This document shows positions 36,501-47,809 of a stretch of DNA of 64,000 bases, piece after piece. Each line of letters opens with the position of its first letter. Position 1 is the first letter of the stretch. The stretch lies in assembly GCA_024346625.1 (NCBI GenBank), contig AP024666.1, positions 1,054,001 to 1,118,000 on the forward strand. The letters run 5' to 3'. A model generated the notes under the pieces. The model was not told where the DNA came from. It was given only the letters and a program-made list of their open reading frames with translations, and made no database searches. This stretch comes from Williopsis jadinii (Eukaryota). A program made the translations under genes and the position numbers.

Positions 36501-38313
36501 GAATGCTGAGATGTACATCTTTATTGTTCCTCGTTTGCAAGTGTACTCGTTCGTCAAATTTTGATTTCCGTAGTGGTGGGTGTTAAGGTGTCGTATCGAC
36601 TAGTTGGTGTATTTCAGAGCGAGAGCCGTACGGTTCCCAGTGTTAAAGTTTGGTTCACAGAGAAATTTCGGGATTTTACGAGGTCCGTACACGCGCGCGT
36701 TAGAGATTGAATCATGTAACAAATTATAGATGACCATGGCTGAACACGCATATCGCTGACCCCACCATGTTCGATCGTGGCTATTGACTCATGATCGATC
36801 GGTACCTGTGTGATGTACAGCTACGTAGTTCATGGTATGCCATATGCCGTAGTTTAAACGAGTTTCCCCGCTATCGTCAGCAAGGTTGTCCATGGTCAAG
36901 GTGCAGCTTTCGATACTCACAGACGAAAACCTACCGTCTATTTGACTTTGAATCACACACCAGTGTAGGAGAAGTTGTCAATCTCTTACCTTGTAGAGCC
37001 CGAGTTAATCTCTGGTTGGGGGTATTCAGACGAAAAGCCTCATTTTCAAGATGGGAGCCTCGTGTGGTTATTGCTGAGGTCGTTCTTCTTATTCCATTCT
37101 TCGTTGTAGATCTATCCTTTCAAAGACCAATAATTCGTACGTGGTTGCTGCTGTAGCCATTAGTCACCATCATAGGCGTCGTTCCACACGCATTCCACAT
37201 GGTCACAGTGGTTTTTTGGCTATCGACGAAACAACCTCCAACACAAATCAATTGCATAATCATACGTGCAAATGGTCCCAGCAGACATCTACATAACCTA
37301 GCATTCGACCTTCCAGAAGAGAATGACTGTACTGTGGCACAAAATACGTGAGGATTCAAAGTACACTTTTGTACGTGTTCTATACGTGCAATGTCGATGC
37401 ATCACAGCGTATATGTGTATGTGATTGTGATGTACTCCCACCAAGCGTTGGTGGAATTAATTGACTAATTGAAAAGAAAGGGAAAAAGAGGTTAACGCGC
37501 GGAGGTTACCGTTACTACCGTCTGTAGAGTTCATGGCATAAGCACACAGCAAAGGCAGTGCAAGGTCCAGGGCCAGGGCCGAGGAAAAAGAAACAAACGC
37601 AAAAAGCACACACTCACCAGCAGAAAATGGGCGAACTATGTGGGCAAACAGCACAGAATTAAAAATAACACAGCGAAAACGCACAACAGAAAAAAGAAAC
37701 AAGCTGGCGCAGGAGGGAGGAAGCCACTGGAAAGGTACCGGGGACCAAAATTTATTCTTGAAATTTCCCTTTAGCGCTGTTTGGTATATATAATTTTTTT
37801 GGTTTTTCCATTTTCCAACTTGCTTTCGTCTCAGTCCAATCAGGTACCTTCAACTCGTTGGAAAGATTTATCCTTACACTTGAGAGGACATACACACTGC
37901 TCACAACAAATTTCAAGAACGGCAGAGCAAGAGAGAACAAAGCCAGCACTCCACATATCGTTTGTTCTTCTTTTTTCTCGTTCCTGAAGATTTTGCATAT
38001 ATACAAGAAGGGATTAAACACAGAGTCTTGTGTAGTAAATCCGTGAGATTATAGTTTGGCAAAGGAACATCGTTCAAGAGACAAGCACAAAAAGCTTTCC
38101 ATTCCGGATCTACAGAAGGACAGCGAAGGAGAGATCAGGAGACGAAAGGACACGCGTAACTCGAGGCAAAGAAGGAAAGAAGAGAGAGCGGTTGGGCGTG
38201 CGATTAGCAGAGGAACCACTTGACAACCGCAAGATTTTTGAACTGCTGCTAGCCGTGAGTCTTTCATTCCTGGAAGGAGTATTCCTAAGACAAGTGGTTA
38301 CAACGAGATCACG

Positions 38314-39534
38314 ATGAACTCTCACGAGGTTAAGATCGTGAAGAAGAGATCAAAGGGAAGAACTTTCCAATGCACTGGCTACCCAGGTTGCAACATGACA
38401 TTTACAAGATCAGAGCACTTAGCGCGTCATATCAGGAAGCATACAGGTGAGAGACCGTTTGAATGTGTCCACTGCTCGCGGAAGTTCTCCAGGTTGGATA
38501 ACTTGAGACAGCATAAACAGACAGTACATGTTAATGAATCTACTATTGACCATCTGGATATGGTTAACAATGGTAACAGCAATTCTATCACGCAGAGCGG
38601 TAATGTGAACATGAACAACGACCAGAGGAACAAGAACAGAAGCAATAGCAACACCACTGACAACGTCAACACGAACAAGCCACTGCCGCCATTACCTCAG
38701 CAGGTGCGGCAACATTATACCACTGATATCTTGACTCAAAACGGTGAGGATTTGGAGGCTGCAAAGACGTTATTGAGACCCACCCAATTTCATCCAAAGC
38801 ACAGACCACGTCCTATTGATCTCCCATCTAGAAAGGCAGTTTACAACGATACTGGTCCTTATACAGTACCTACGCCGAATTCTGAAAACTCTGGATACTT
38901 AGCAACGTCACCAACGAGCGCTAGCTTCACACAATCACAATACCCATCAACAGCATTGCCAAGTATACATTTCCTCTCAAGCACTGGTGCTAAGGATATT
39001 TTATCTTCACCGTACAATTCATCGTTTGCACTCAGTGGACAATCAGAGACAAGCACCCCATTGTCCTCTCATTATGATACTTTACGGACGCCGAATTCGT
39101 TCCAATTTAACACATCGGTATCATCGTCTTCAAGTGGATATAATCAGCAACATCAACAACAGATGTCGTTTCAACCTTTACAACCGACCTTGCCAACACC
39201 TCAGCAACTACATCACCAGCAGAATGCTGATCGTAAATCATGGCTGAGCAACGTGTTGAATTCCAATGGTGATACCACAAGACCGGAGTATAGTTCACTA
39301 CAGTCGTTGTCGTCATCGTCATCTTCATCTTCATCAGCATCATCTACGCTTCTCATCACCAATAACATTGGTTCTACGAGTCCATTGCATGTGAGGACGT
39401 TATCCACGCCAACAACCACGCATGAATTAGAAAAGAAGGTCCGTATAGAATCTTTACTGAACAACGAGGAGCGAAGAATAGCACTGCCCCATGTCGATGC
39501 TCTTGGTATAAACGTATCTTCAAAGATCAAATGA
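38314..39534 (+). CDS. USV1: C2H2 zinc-finger transcription factor, Usv1/Rgm1 family
   Basis: [60 protein letters not shown] motif. Gene order USV1-YPL229W-CET1-ALG5. Confidence 0.88.
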   Translation: MNSHEVKIVKKRSKGRTFQCTGYPGCNMTFTRSEHLARHIRKHTGERPFECVHCSRKFSRLDNLRQHKQTVHVNESTIDHLDMVNNGNSNSITQSGNVNMNNDQRNKNRSNSNTTDNVNTNKPLPPLPQQVRQHYTTDILTQNGEDLEAAKTLLRPTQFHPKHRPRPIDLPSRKAVYNDTGPYTVPTPNSENSGYLATSPTSASFTQSQYPSTALPSIHFLSSTGAKDILSSPYNSSFALSGQSETSTPLSSHYDTLRTPNSFQFNTSVSSSSSGYNQQHQQQMSFQPLQPTLPTPQQLHHQQNADRKSWLSNVLNSNGDTTRPEYSSLQSLSSSSSSSSSASSTLLITNNIGSTSPLHVRTLSTPTTTHELEKKVRIESLLNNEERRIALPHVDALGINVSSKIK

Positions 39535-40217
39535 GGTGTTGACTGGCTGCTGAAGAACTATACCCCCAGAAACAGTACCTTGAAATCAAAAGAAAAAAAA
39601 GCATAGATGGAAAAAGTCCATGAATGGTCTCTCTAAATGTTTTATACTGAGTTCAGATATATATACAGATGTGTAAGACGTCCTATTCCTTATCTAAGAA
39701 CAGACATTGTAGTGATGGACTGCACTGATGACGTGACATACCGAGGTTTCTCGGTTGCTATCACAGCCTTCGCTTGGGGTAGTCCCTTAGTAAAAGATTA
39801 CATAAGCACCAGTATAACTCTATATATAGTGGTAAAATACATTACATATCCCAATTGGGTATTCAAGTCAAAGGGGGCTGGAACATGGCGGAAAAAGGAG
39901 AACTGCAATTTGGCAGCTTCGTAGAAGTTTCTTTTTCTTTCTTTTTCTTTCTTTTTTTTGGCCATCCCCCCCTACGACGATAAAGTTTTTGGTTTTAGGG
40001 CCACAAATTTTGTCACCAGGGGGATAGCACTAATTAAAATTTACCTCCATATTAAAACCATTTGTTTACCCCCTTTTCCTTCAAAATCTTTATATAAAGT
40101 TTAAGAAGAAGGAACAAATACAAACAAGGTCATCAGAGTACTTCTATACCATATCAACAGTCTCTAACCGAAAGAGGGTTTCTCTAAAGCTACGACAATC
40201 GATACAACCCGACAAGG

Positions 40218-40781
40218 ATGATACCTTCACAGCAGTACGGATATGATTATTCATTCCAACAGAAACAAACACAGATTACACCACAGCAACAGTCCCAGCA
40301 GGGTTACCTCTACAACAACTCTCCACTGGCGAACAACGCCATGCTCAACGGCGGATACAACAATCTGAACTTGAGTAGGGGTCTCAACCCGGGGGCTGGT
40401 TCCTCGGGGAGCGTATCAGCGGTTGGTACTGTTGGAGCAGCTCTGCAGTCATACCCAACACCACGCTCCAACGGCTCACCATCGTTGAACTTTGCATCGC
40501 TATATTCCAATAGAAATAGACTCTCTGCGTCCAAGGGCTTTGAGCTGGAGGATGATTTGGAGTTTTGTCCAGAGATCCAGTACAGCCCATCCCAACAGAG
40601 TTATACACATCACAAGTTCAACCCATACACAAGCACAAGCTTCAGCCCAACAGTATCGCCTACTTCACAGAACGCAACGACAAACTCTCCAAAGACAATA
40701 ACCCCAAGGGCAAAGAAAGTCCTTGAAATTGTTAACCCGGTCACCGGGCTAAGAGTGGGATCTCCAAACCCATACAAGTGA
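40218..40781 (+). CDS. YPL229W/YMR181C-like low-complexity protein
   Basis: 187 aa, Q/S/N-rich, with a FELEDDLEFCP motif and a C-terminal EIVNPVTG. Its position between USV1 and CET1 matches YPL229W. Confidence 0.75.
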   Translation: MIPSQQYGYDYSFQQKQTQITPQQQSQQGYLYNNSPLANNAMLNGGYNNLNLSRGLNPGAGSSGSVSAVGTVGAALQSYPTPRSNGSPSLNFASLYSNRNRLSASKGFELEDDLEFCPEIQYSPSQQSYTHHKFNPYTSTSFSPTVSPTSQNATTNSPKTITPRAKKVLEIVNPVTGLRVGSPNPYK

Positions 40782-41110
40782 AGTGGATAGAGCTGGAGGT
40801 GTTTTTATTGTTACATATACTATAGCTTAAAAAACTTTACTCGTTATCTTCTTGACATGATTATGAGTTCTTGTTACCTTTGCTTCCTATTAATGCTTTG
40901 AATGCCATTTGGTGTAGCTGTCTATGCCCGTTGCTACCGTAACAGGGCACTCTTTTTTTCCACCGCGAATTCACATGATGCACCGAACAGAGTGAAGGAA
41001 TAGAGAAAAAAATACAGGTACCTGTGAGAGGACGGAGAAGTAAACAAAGACATTCATTGACACGGCGGTTAGTTACTGGTACGTGTAAAGAGGAATTGGA
41101 GAGTGCACCG

Positions 41111-42715
41111 ATGGACTTGAAGAACTTGTTGGTGCAGCCGGAGAAGAAGCCGACGGATACCTTGAAGAAGAGGTCGTCGATTAACGATTTGGTTAATGCT
41201 GTGGATGAAGAGATTCGTCAACAACAGGAACAACAACAACAACAGCAGCAGCCCCCACCATCGTATCAACGACAACCACCAGCAGCCTCACAGCAGGGCC
41301 GTGACATGGCATCACCAGCGTTACCATCGAAGACGATACCGCCTCACTCCACTGAACAAACACCTGGCTCGAGTGTTATTAGAGCCCGTAACAGCATTTC
41401 AAGCCTTACAAACGATACCGATGTTGACGTTGATGGGACTGAGACACCGAGCATCGCTAGGCGCCTAAGCTATGACGTTACCACCTCGGAAACCAACTCG
41501 CCGGTTATTCCAAAGAGGACGATATCCAGACCCCCAAGTTTGCAGAACGTGATAAACTCCATGGACGAGGAGGAAGAGGAGCACGAGAAGAAGAGAAACA
41601 GAGAGATGGTGGATGAGGTTTCAAAGAAGCGGAAACCCAGTGATGACGGATATGTGGTAGAATTGAAGAAGACCAAGAAGGACGATGAAGTGAAGAAGGA
41701 GGCCAAGTCGTTAAGTGATGAGTTGGATGCTCTAAACAAGTTGGAAAAGAAAGAAACCACAGCACTGACCAAAGACGGCAAGCTAAAACCTCGTCGTTAT
41801 GCCGAGCCTCCAATATGGGCGACGAAATGGGTGTCAACTTTCAAGAAGAAGTCAACCAATTCGAGAAGTGACGTATCCGGGTCAAGTGATTCCGCTGACA
41901 CCTTAACGTCAATCACTGGTGTCAAACCCTACAATGATACAACGAGAAGAATTACAAATTGGGTATATGCTCAAATACTGGCAGTTCCAAAGGAACAACG
42001 TCAGTTCTTAGAGTTGGAGGTCAAATTTGGAAGACTATGGCATAAGCAAACCGATAGACGTGTTCATATCCCAGTGACCAACGAGTGCATAGTTGAAGAT
42101 AATTTCATCCTGGATTGTCAATACCGTTCAGGGTTGGATCGAGAACACTTTGACCGTGCTAAGAAGTTTGTGACAGGGCTATCGAAGCTTCATAAGGAAA
42201 AGTTCAGGACATTCAAGACCGATCAAATCGATCGTGTATACAGAGAAGCATACAGAGGCAAGATACCGAGATTTTACAGATTAACCACCGACAAAGCCAC
42301 GAGTCGTTTAACTGCAAACATTGAGAAGAAGAAGCTTGCAAATCTACACATCCATTGTCCCGATATGATATTCGACTTTAGACTCACGATGAGCTTAGAA
42401 TTGCCCTCTTCGGAAAATCCTGAACGGTTCGAGAACCATACTCCAGAAACTGAGAGACACAAGAAGAGAACATCTATAATCCATGCAACGACGGCAACGA
42501 GGATTGACCTCACTGAAGTTTCACAAAGGGTCAAGGGTAAATCCGATGAGTATGCAGAGTTTCTTGAGATGGAGTTGGAAGTGGATATGCCAAAGTTGCT
42601 GAAGGCATTTGACAAACTGGATCAAGACGCATTTACGTTTGAACAATTAGGAGAAACTTTTATGGACAATGCTCGTGTTATCAACAGAGAACTTATAAAA
42701 CCGGTTCCTAAATGA
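41111..42715 (+). CDS. CET1: mRNA capping enzyme beta subunit, RNA 5'-triphosphatase
   Basis: First ATG at 41111; PPIWATKW (Ceg1-binding WAQKW-like motif); ELEVKFG and EMELE triphosphate-tunnel motifs. Confidence 0.93.
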   Translation: MDLKNLLVQPEKKPTDTLKKRSSINDLVNAVDEEIRQQQEQQQQQQQPPPSYQRQPPAASQQGRDMASPALPSKTIPPHSTEQTPGSSVIRARNSISSLTNDTDVDVDGTETPSIARRLSYDVTTSETNSPVIPKRTISRPPSLQNVINSMDEEEEEHEKKRNREMVDEVSKKRKPSDDGYVVELKKTKKDDEVKKEAKSLSDELDALNKLEKKETTALTKDGKLKPRRYAEPPIWATKWVSTFKKKSTNSRSDVSGSSDSADTLTSITGVKPYNDTTRRITNWVYAQILAVPKEQRQFLELEVKFGRLWHKQTDRRVHIPVTNECIVEDNFILDCQYRSGLDREHFDRAKKFVTGLSKLHKEKFRTFKTDQIDRVYREAYRGKIPRFYRLTTDKATSRLTANIEKKKLANLHIHCPDMIFDFRLTMSLELPSSENPERFENHTPETERHKKRTSIIHATTATRIDLTEVSQRVKGKSDEYAEFLEMELEVDMPKLLKAFDKLDQDAFTFEQLGETFMDNARVINRELIKPVPK

Positions 42716-42762
42716 CGAAATGGACTATTCTCCCCCGTCTTCTTTTGTTTGTTTTAATCTAT

Positions 42763-43815
42763 CTAGATATCCTTATCCTTGTATATGCCCAAAATGTATG
42801 CCAATCTGGTAACAACCAGGTCAATAGCCATGTTTATGGAGTCTCTAGCCAAGTCCACTTTAGAGCCATCAACTTCGTGCCATGATATATGAATCTCTTC
42901 AATTGGGATGTTCTTTCTGATTGCAATGATCAGGATTTCAACGTCAAAGATCCATCTTTCGGTGTGCATATAGGGAAAGATCTGTCTTATAGCACTTCTG
43001 TTGAAGAGTTTGAACCCACACTGGGTATCCTTGATATGTCTAATACCAAAGACAAACACCAAAGTGTGTAGTGAGTACATGAGGAAGTTTCTAATGAACG
43101 ATCTCTTAACAACGGCATCTGTATCAACCATATGGGCCCTGGAGCCTATAGCCATGGCTGGTGATTCTCCACTGTGCTCGTGCTTCTTGATGGATTCAAT
43201 GAGCTTATCGACATCGCTGAACTTCGAGGCACCATCGGCATCTGCGAAGATGGTGTACTGGCCCCTGGTGTGTTGCACTCCATGGGTCACTGCGCCACCT
43301 TTACCTCTGTTGGCAACCAGCTGAACCACTCTTAGCTCACCAGGCTGTAACTCGAACTTGGAATGGGCCAATTCCAGCGCAAACGACGCAGTGCCGTCCC
43401 TGGAGCCGTCATCAACAATGACAATCTCCCATTGGTCGGAGTAGTTCTCCCGTAAATGCCCCACGGCCTCCGCCATCATCTTCTCCAACCGCTCGGTCTC
43501 GTTATAGCACGGTATGACAACGCTCAGTAGGATGTCATCAAGAGGCTCGACCTGTGTCTTTGGTGGAAGGTCCTTAGGCTCCGGGTCCACCTCATGATCA
43601 GACGACGTTGTAATGTAGGTCAGCTCGGACTGTACCGGCTCCCTTGGAGAATGTGAAAAGAAGAGCACAACACCGTACAGCTTTGATGTTCAGTTGGTTA
43701 GTACCATTTCCCTGGTGACAGAAAGGAAGCCCCTTCCAGTGACAGACAGCACAAGAATACTCACAAGTGCAACCAGAAGAACCAGTCCACTACAGATGGC
43801 AGCCACGAGATTCAT
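42763..43815 (-). CDS. ALG5: Dolichyl-phosphate beta-glucosyltransferase; two exons (43815-43765, 43680-42763)
   Basis: Intron 43681-43764: GTGAGT, TACTAAC at 43697-43703, AAG acceptor. Exon 1 supplies the N-terminal TM segment. Motifs LSVVIPCYNE, VDDGSRDGT, NRGKGGAV, FADADGAS, DTQCGFKLF, WHEVDGSK. Confidence 0.95.
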
Positions 43816-44033
43816 ACTACGATCCACCTGGAGCTGAATGGTGGTCAATTGGCCGTTGTTTGTTTATTGATTAGTTGGAAAGTCGGCGTTTTCGTCTCGG
43901 AATCTCCCAATGATCCTCATCAACGTGTCGCGTGTGTTGTACTTTTCACGCGTGCGCGCGTGTGTGCTATTTCCAGCCACTGGCTTAATTAGCCCATGTG
44001 TATCAATTCTCAAATTACATAGCTTTTATATGA

Positions 44034-45137
44034 TCACTGTCTCTCGATCTGCTCGTCAACAACGTCAATGATACGTAGATTGCCCACTTTATCCTGTAGG
44101 AACCAGCGTGGTAGGTAAGGGTCGATGGCTATTGCTCCGTTGAACACCAATGTGCCGAAGCCGAGTAGAACGAATCCCAGCAATTGGGCAAACACGAATG
44201 ATTCCCATCCAAGCACCAGGGAGACGACCCACACCAGCGCAGTTCTGCACGTGTCGATGGTGGATCTTGCCGTGGCGCTCATCTTGCTGGTGAGCGTGAT
44301 GCCGATGAAGTTGAACATTCCGATGGAGATCATGATAGCAATGGAGGAGTACAGGATGTTTGCGTTGCTCCAGAACTCATGGAATGAGTTCACAACGTCG
44401 AATGGGCCCTTGGTGCCCTTGCCCACGGTTGCATAGCCGGCAACCATGGCCAGGAGCGTCAACGAGCCGCCAAATGAGCCCTCGTACCCGACAAGCGTAA
44501 GCGGTTCCACGGTCCATCTGCCGACAATGTGCTCTTCAACGACAAACTGTGTTGCCACCAGCACCTGGGCCAACAACACCAGCGTGATTCCAACCACGAG
44601 CTTAGAGCTTGCCTCTTTGCTCGCAGCGCCGTCAACAGACTCCGAGCCGGCGTTCTGCTTCCCGCTGAGTCCTACAATGACAATACCAGCAACAACAACC
44701 ACGAGTGAAAGCCACTCGATCCTGTTGATGCTTCTGCGAAGGAACACAACGCTGAACAGCGCCACGAACAAGATCAAAGCGCCTCTTGTCATCTGGTAGA
44801 TGGAAACCGGGGTGTACATCAGCCCCAGGTTCATGAGCGTTGTACCGCAGAGATCGCACAGGGCAGGAATGGCCAGCACGAACACCTTGGAAGCTGGCAG
44901 CGGTGGCTTGCCACCGCTGATTGGCTCGTATTCCCCTGGTCTTCCCCTGAACGACTTACCCAGCACGAATAGAAATGCACATGCCTCACCGATAAACATC
45001 TGGAGCGTCTGTAACACCGGCTGCTCGAACTTACGGTCAGGCGCAACGTACTGATTGTCCTGGTATTTGGTGAAGATCGAGTTCATACATCCTGTGACGA
45101 TGAGGGAGGCAGCAAGGAGGACGATCAGCGACTTCAT
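44034..45137 (-). CDS. SLC35F-like / nucleotide-sugar transporter family membrane protein
   Basis: About 10 TM helices; TGCMNSIFTKYQD, FEQPVLQTLQMFIGE, PALCDLCGTTLMNLGL, SIYQMTRG, SATARSTIDTCRT. Confidence 0.85.
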   Translation of the reverse strand: MKSLIVLLAASLIVTGCMNSIFTKYQDNQYVAPDRKFEQPVLQTLQMFIGEACAFLFVLGKSFRGRPGEYEPISGGKPPLPASKVFVLAIPALCDLCGTTLMNLGLMYTPVSIYQMTRGALILFVALFSVVFLRRSINRIEWLSLVVVVAGIVIVGLSGKQNAGSESVDGAASKEASSKLVVGITLVLLAQVLVATQFVVEEHIVGRWTVEPLTLVGYEGSFGGSLTLLAMVAGYATVGKGTKGPFDVVNSFHEFWSNANILYSSIAIMISIGMFNFIGITLTSKMSATARSTIDTCRTALVWVVSLVLGWESFVFAQLLGFVLLGFGTLVFNGAIAIDPYLPRWFLQDKVGNLRIIDVVDEQIERQ

Positions 45138-45329
45138 TTCTGCGTAACAAGTGCTCTTTTCGTTGATTGTTATGGTCTTCTTTCGGTGTGTTGATAAGGG
45201 GAGAGAGCATAGAAAGTCCCCGTTGTCGGAGATTACCGGCGCTGGCGAGCCTCATCACCTCCAACACCATCAACGTCATCTACAACTACGACACGCTAAA
45301 ATGGTCTAAATGTATTAATTGGACGGATG

Positions 45330-46550
45330 CTATAGGAACATCTCGATGAATGCTGTCTTGCCGGTGATTGTCTTGGAGCAGTCTGGCGCAACGCATTTCC
45401 CAGGGGCGCAGATGAAGGGGTTGTCAATGTCATTATCGGTCCTCTTGAACTTGCGTTTCATCGTCTTCAAGGTGGCACGCACTCGAGATATGCTATTGAC
45501 ACAACGGCCACAGTACGTGTGGCCACACTTGGCGATGAAGATCCTCTTTGAGAGGTCTCTGTCTGCGTCTGTGACGAGGTTCATCGCCTTGAAGGGGGCT
45601 CTAACGTCGTCCACCTCTTGTAGTGCAACCAACGGTCTCTTCTCCTTGTTACCGATGAACTCCGAGGGCAGGCCTTCTCCCAAGGTCACTGCACAGAGAC
45701 AGCACACGTATTCCTCCTCAGGTTCGATCCTCGTAGTGTAGGGCTCTCGTATGGTTTTTATACGGTCCTCTATCGCCTGCTGGTAGCTCTGAGTGCTGTT
45801 CAGGTTTGCCTGTCTCACCCTGTCAAAATGAGCTTCTTCTCGTTGATGGATCATGTCCATCAGCTCCTGAGGCACGTCGTCGTTTCTATTAGGACCAAAG
45901 GGTAGATTCCATATGCCGGGCGCATTATAGCCTCGACGAGGCCGAATGTGGTATTCACCATCCTCGTCACCCTGCTCGCCGTCCTCGTCAAAAGCATAGC
46001 CCATAGTGTCTTGCCAAAAACGCCTCTCGTGACGATGTGAGCCGACGATGTCAAACGGGATGTTGTATTCGCCATCCCTACCGTGTCTGTCCACTGAATC
46101 AGGCACAATATGATACCACCTGTCCGGTGCGCTCGACGACTCAGGGTCGCCACTGCCTCTGCCTCTACGGTTCATGCTGCGGTTGGCCCTCGTGGACGCA
46201 CGTCTCCCTGTTCGTAAGTAGATTCTCCATCTCGGCTCTTCAGCTCTCCCCATCACGGGGCCATGTCGACCACCAGGCGCACCAGGCGTAGGGGTACGGT
46301 TGATGTTGTTCGCAGGGCTCGGAGCACCAACACCTCCTTCAAACGACACACGCTCCGGTGGTCTCACAACACTGGGGACAACGTGAGGGCCATCCGGAAG
46401 GTAGATCGTTACACCAGCGGACCGCAACCCACCACCGGCAGCCCTTCTCTCTGGTGGCACCTCTCGAACATCTGTGATAACAACGTCGTCTTGATTCAGC
46501 GACTCGTCGCCATCCGAGCCGATTTCCGAAAGGTCTATGACATCTGGCAT
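45330..46550 (-). CDS. SLX5: SUMO-targeted ubiquitin ligase subunit (SIMs plus extended RING)
   Basis: N-terminal SIMs (VIDL, VVIT); C-terminal CCLCAVTLGEG...DRDLSKRIFIAKCGHTYCGRC...KCVAPDC, the interrupted RING typical of Slx5. Confidence 0.88.
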   Translation of the reverse strand: MPDVIDLSEIGSDGDESLNQDDVVITDVREVPPERRAAGGGLRSAGVTIYLPDGPHVVPSVVRPPERVSFEGGVGAPSPANNINRTPTPGAPGGRHGPVMGRAEEPRWRIYLRTGRRASTRANRSMNRRGRGSGDPESSSAPDRWYHIVPDSVDRHGRDGEYNIPFDIVGSHRHERRFWQDTMGYAFDEDGEQGDEDGEYHIRPRRGYNAPGIWNLPFGPNRNDDVPQELMDMIHQREEAHFDRVRQANLNSTQSYQQAIEDRIKTIREPYTTRIEPEEEYVCCLCAVTLGEGLPSEFIGNKEKRPLVALQEVDDVRAPFKAMNLVTDADRDLSKRIFIAKCGHTYCGRCVNSISRVRATLKTMKRKFKRTDNDIDNPFICAPGKCVAPDCSKTITGKTAFIEMFL

Positions 46551-46780
46551 GCTTGTACGCTCTCTCTATGCTCCTCGCTGTGTCTTTGGGCGCTGGATAT
46601 TGAGCACCTTGAGGATGTGCCTCTTCTTCCCATGTTGTTCTTCTTCACTATATAAACACAGCACTGGTATGCAGACCATCAAACGAGTTCGCGGCCTGGG
46701 AGAAACCGGGAGGCGCACGCACAGAGATGTGGTTCCTACCGATACACATGTGTTACAACTGCTGGCCCCAAAGGTGCCTT

Positions 46781-46904
46781 TTGTAGACGTTTGTAGACGT
46801 TTGTAGACATTTGTAGACGTTTGTAGACATTTGCAGACATTTGTAGACATTTGCAGACATTTGCAGACATTTGTAGACATTTGCAGACATTTGTAGACAT
46901 TTGC
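46781..46904. repeat. 10-bp minisatellite (TTGYAGACRT) x12
   Basis: Twelve units in perfect register at 46781-46900, plus a partial ttgc; 230 bp upstream of the SLX5 ATG. Confidence 0.97.
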
Positions 46905-47809
46905 GCCAAATGCGTAACTGCCGTCTGGGCACGAAAAGGCACTGCAAAATGACAGCAAAACTGATTTGTGGCAGGAAAAGTGTCCGAGATGGGCAATTCA
47001 CGCCTATAAATTCGAGCCCTTCCCACGGGAATTTTTTTACGAAGCATACCACGGACATTTCACAAGCTCCTTAGCTCGCTCGTATTGTCTACCATCTATT
47101 CCGGAAGGGACGAGATGTTCGCCTCATGATGAGCCGGTGAAAGATCATCCGCTCACCACGCGTCGTGCACGCAGCTGGAAGGCGTGTGTCTTTACCACTT
47201 TGCTGTGATATTCGACCTTCGGGCTCGATTTCCGGATTCATCACTGAATTGTGTCAGCTGTGATTTACAGTAACACTGTACAGTGATGACATACTTTTGA
47301 GATAGGATAACAACATGAAGCACGACTCCTCAAGATTCGAGTGTTTCTCTACCATGGTTTAAAAGACACTCCATGAACCATTATACTTCCTCTTTATAAA
47401 GTTCCTGGAACTGAAGCTTCATCTCTTGCATTTCTGAATTATACTGTTATTAAGACTATTCCTACTGTCATCATCGTATCAGCTCTTCTACTAGCCACAC
47501 CGTGCGAAAGGAACACTATACGTCCTACTGTTAGTGAAAGATATACTGTGACGTGGATATAGCTGGAAACATTGAGCTGAGCCGCGAAGAGCACAGCTAC
47601 GAGAAGCACAATCGCCACGTCAACAGCGCACACAACATCATCACCAAGTGTCTCACCACATCTCAATAGACACCCATAAGGAGTGCATTCATGCTCCTCT
47701 AAAGAAATCACTACCCTTTTGCTGTCTCATGGACTTACTAAGAGCGCACGAGAATGGCACATTTTCATGAACGATGTATTATACGACAGGTATACACATT
47801 GCTGGCGAG

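Noticed and set aside
46781..46904. Minisatellite as an interstitial telomeric repeat
   Set aside because: It has no G-rich strand or GGTGT-like core, and telomeric identity cannot be supported without the chromosome ends.
46566..47058. ORFs with repeated CKCLQMSTNV peptides
   Set aside because: They are translations of the 10-bp minisatellite, which is open in several frames at once, with no coding evidence.
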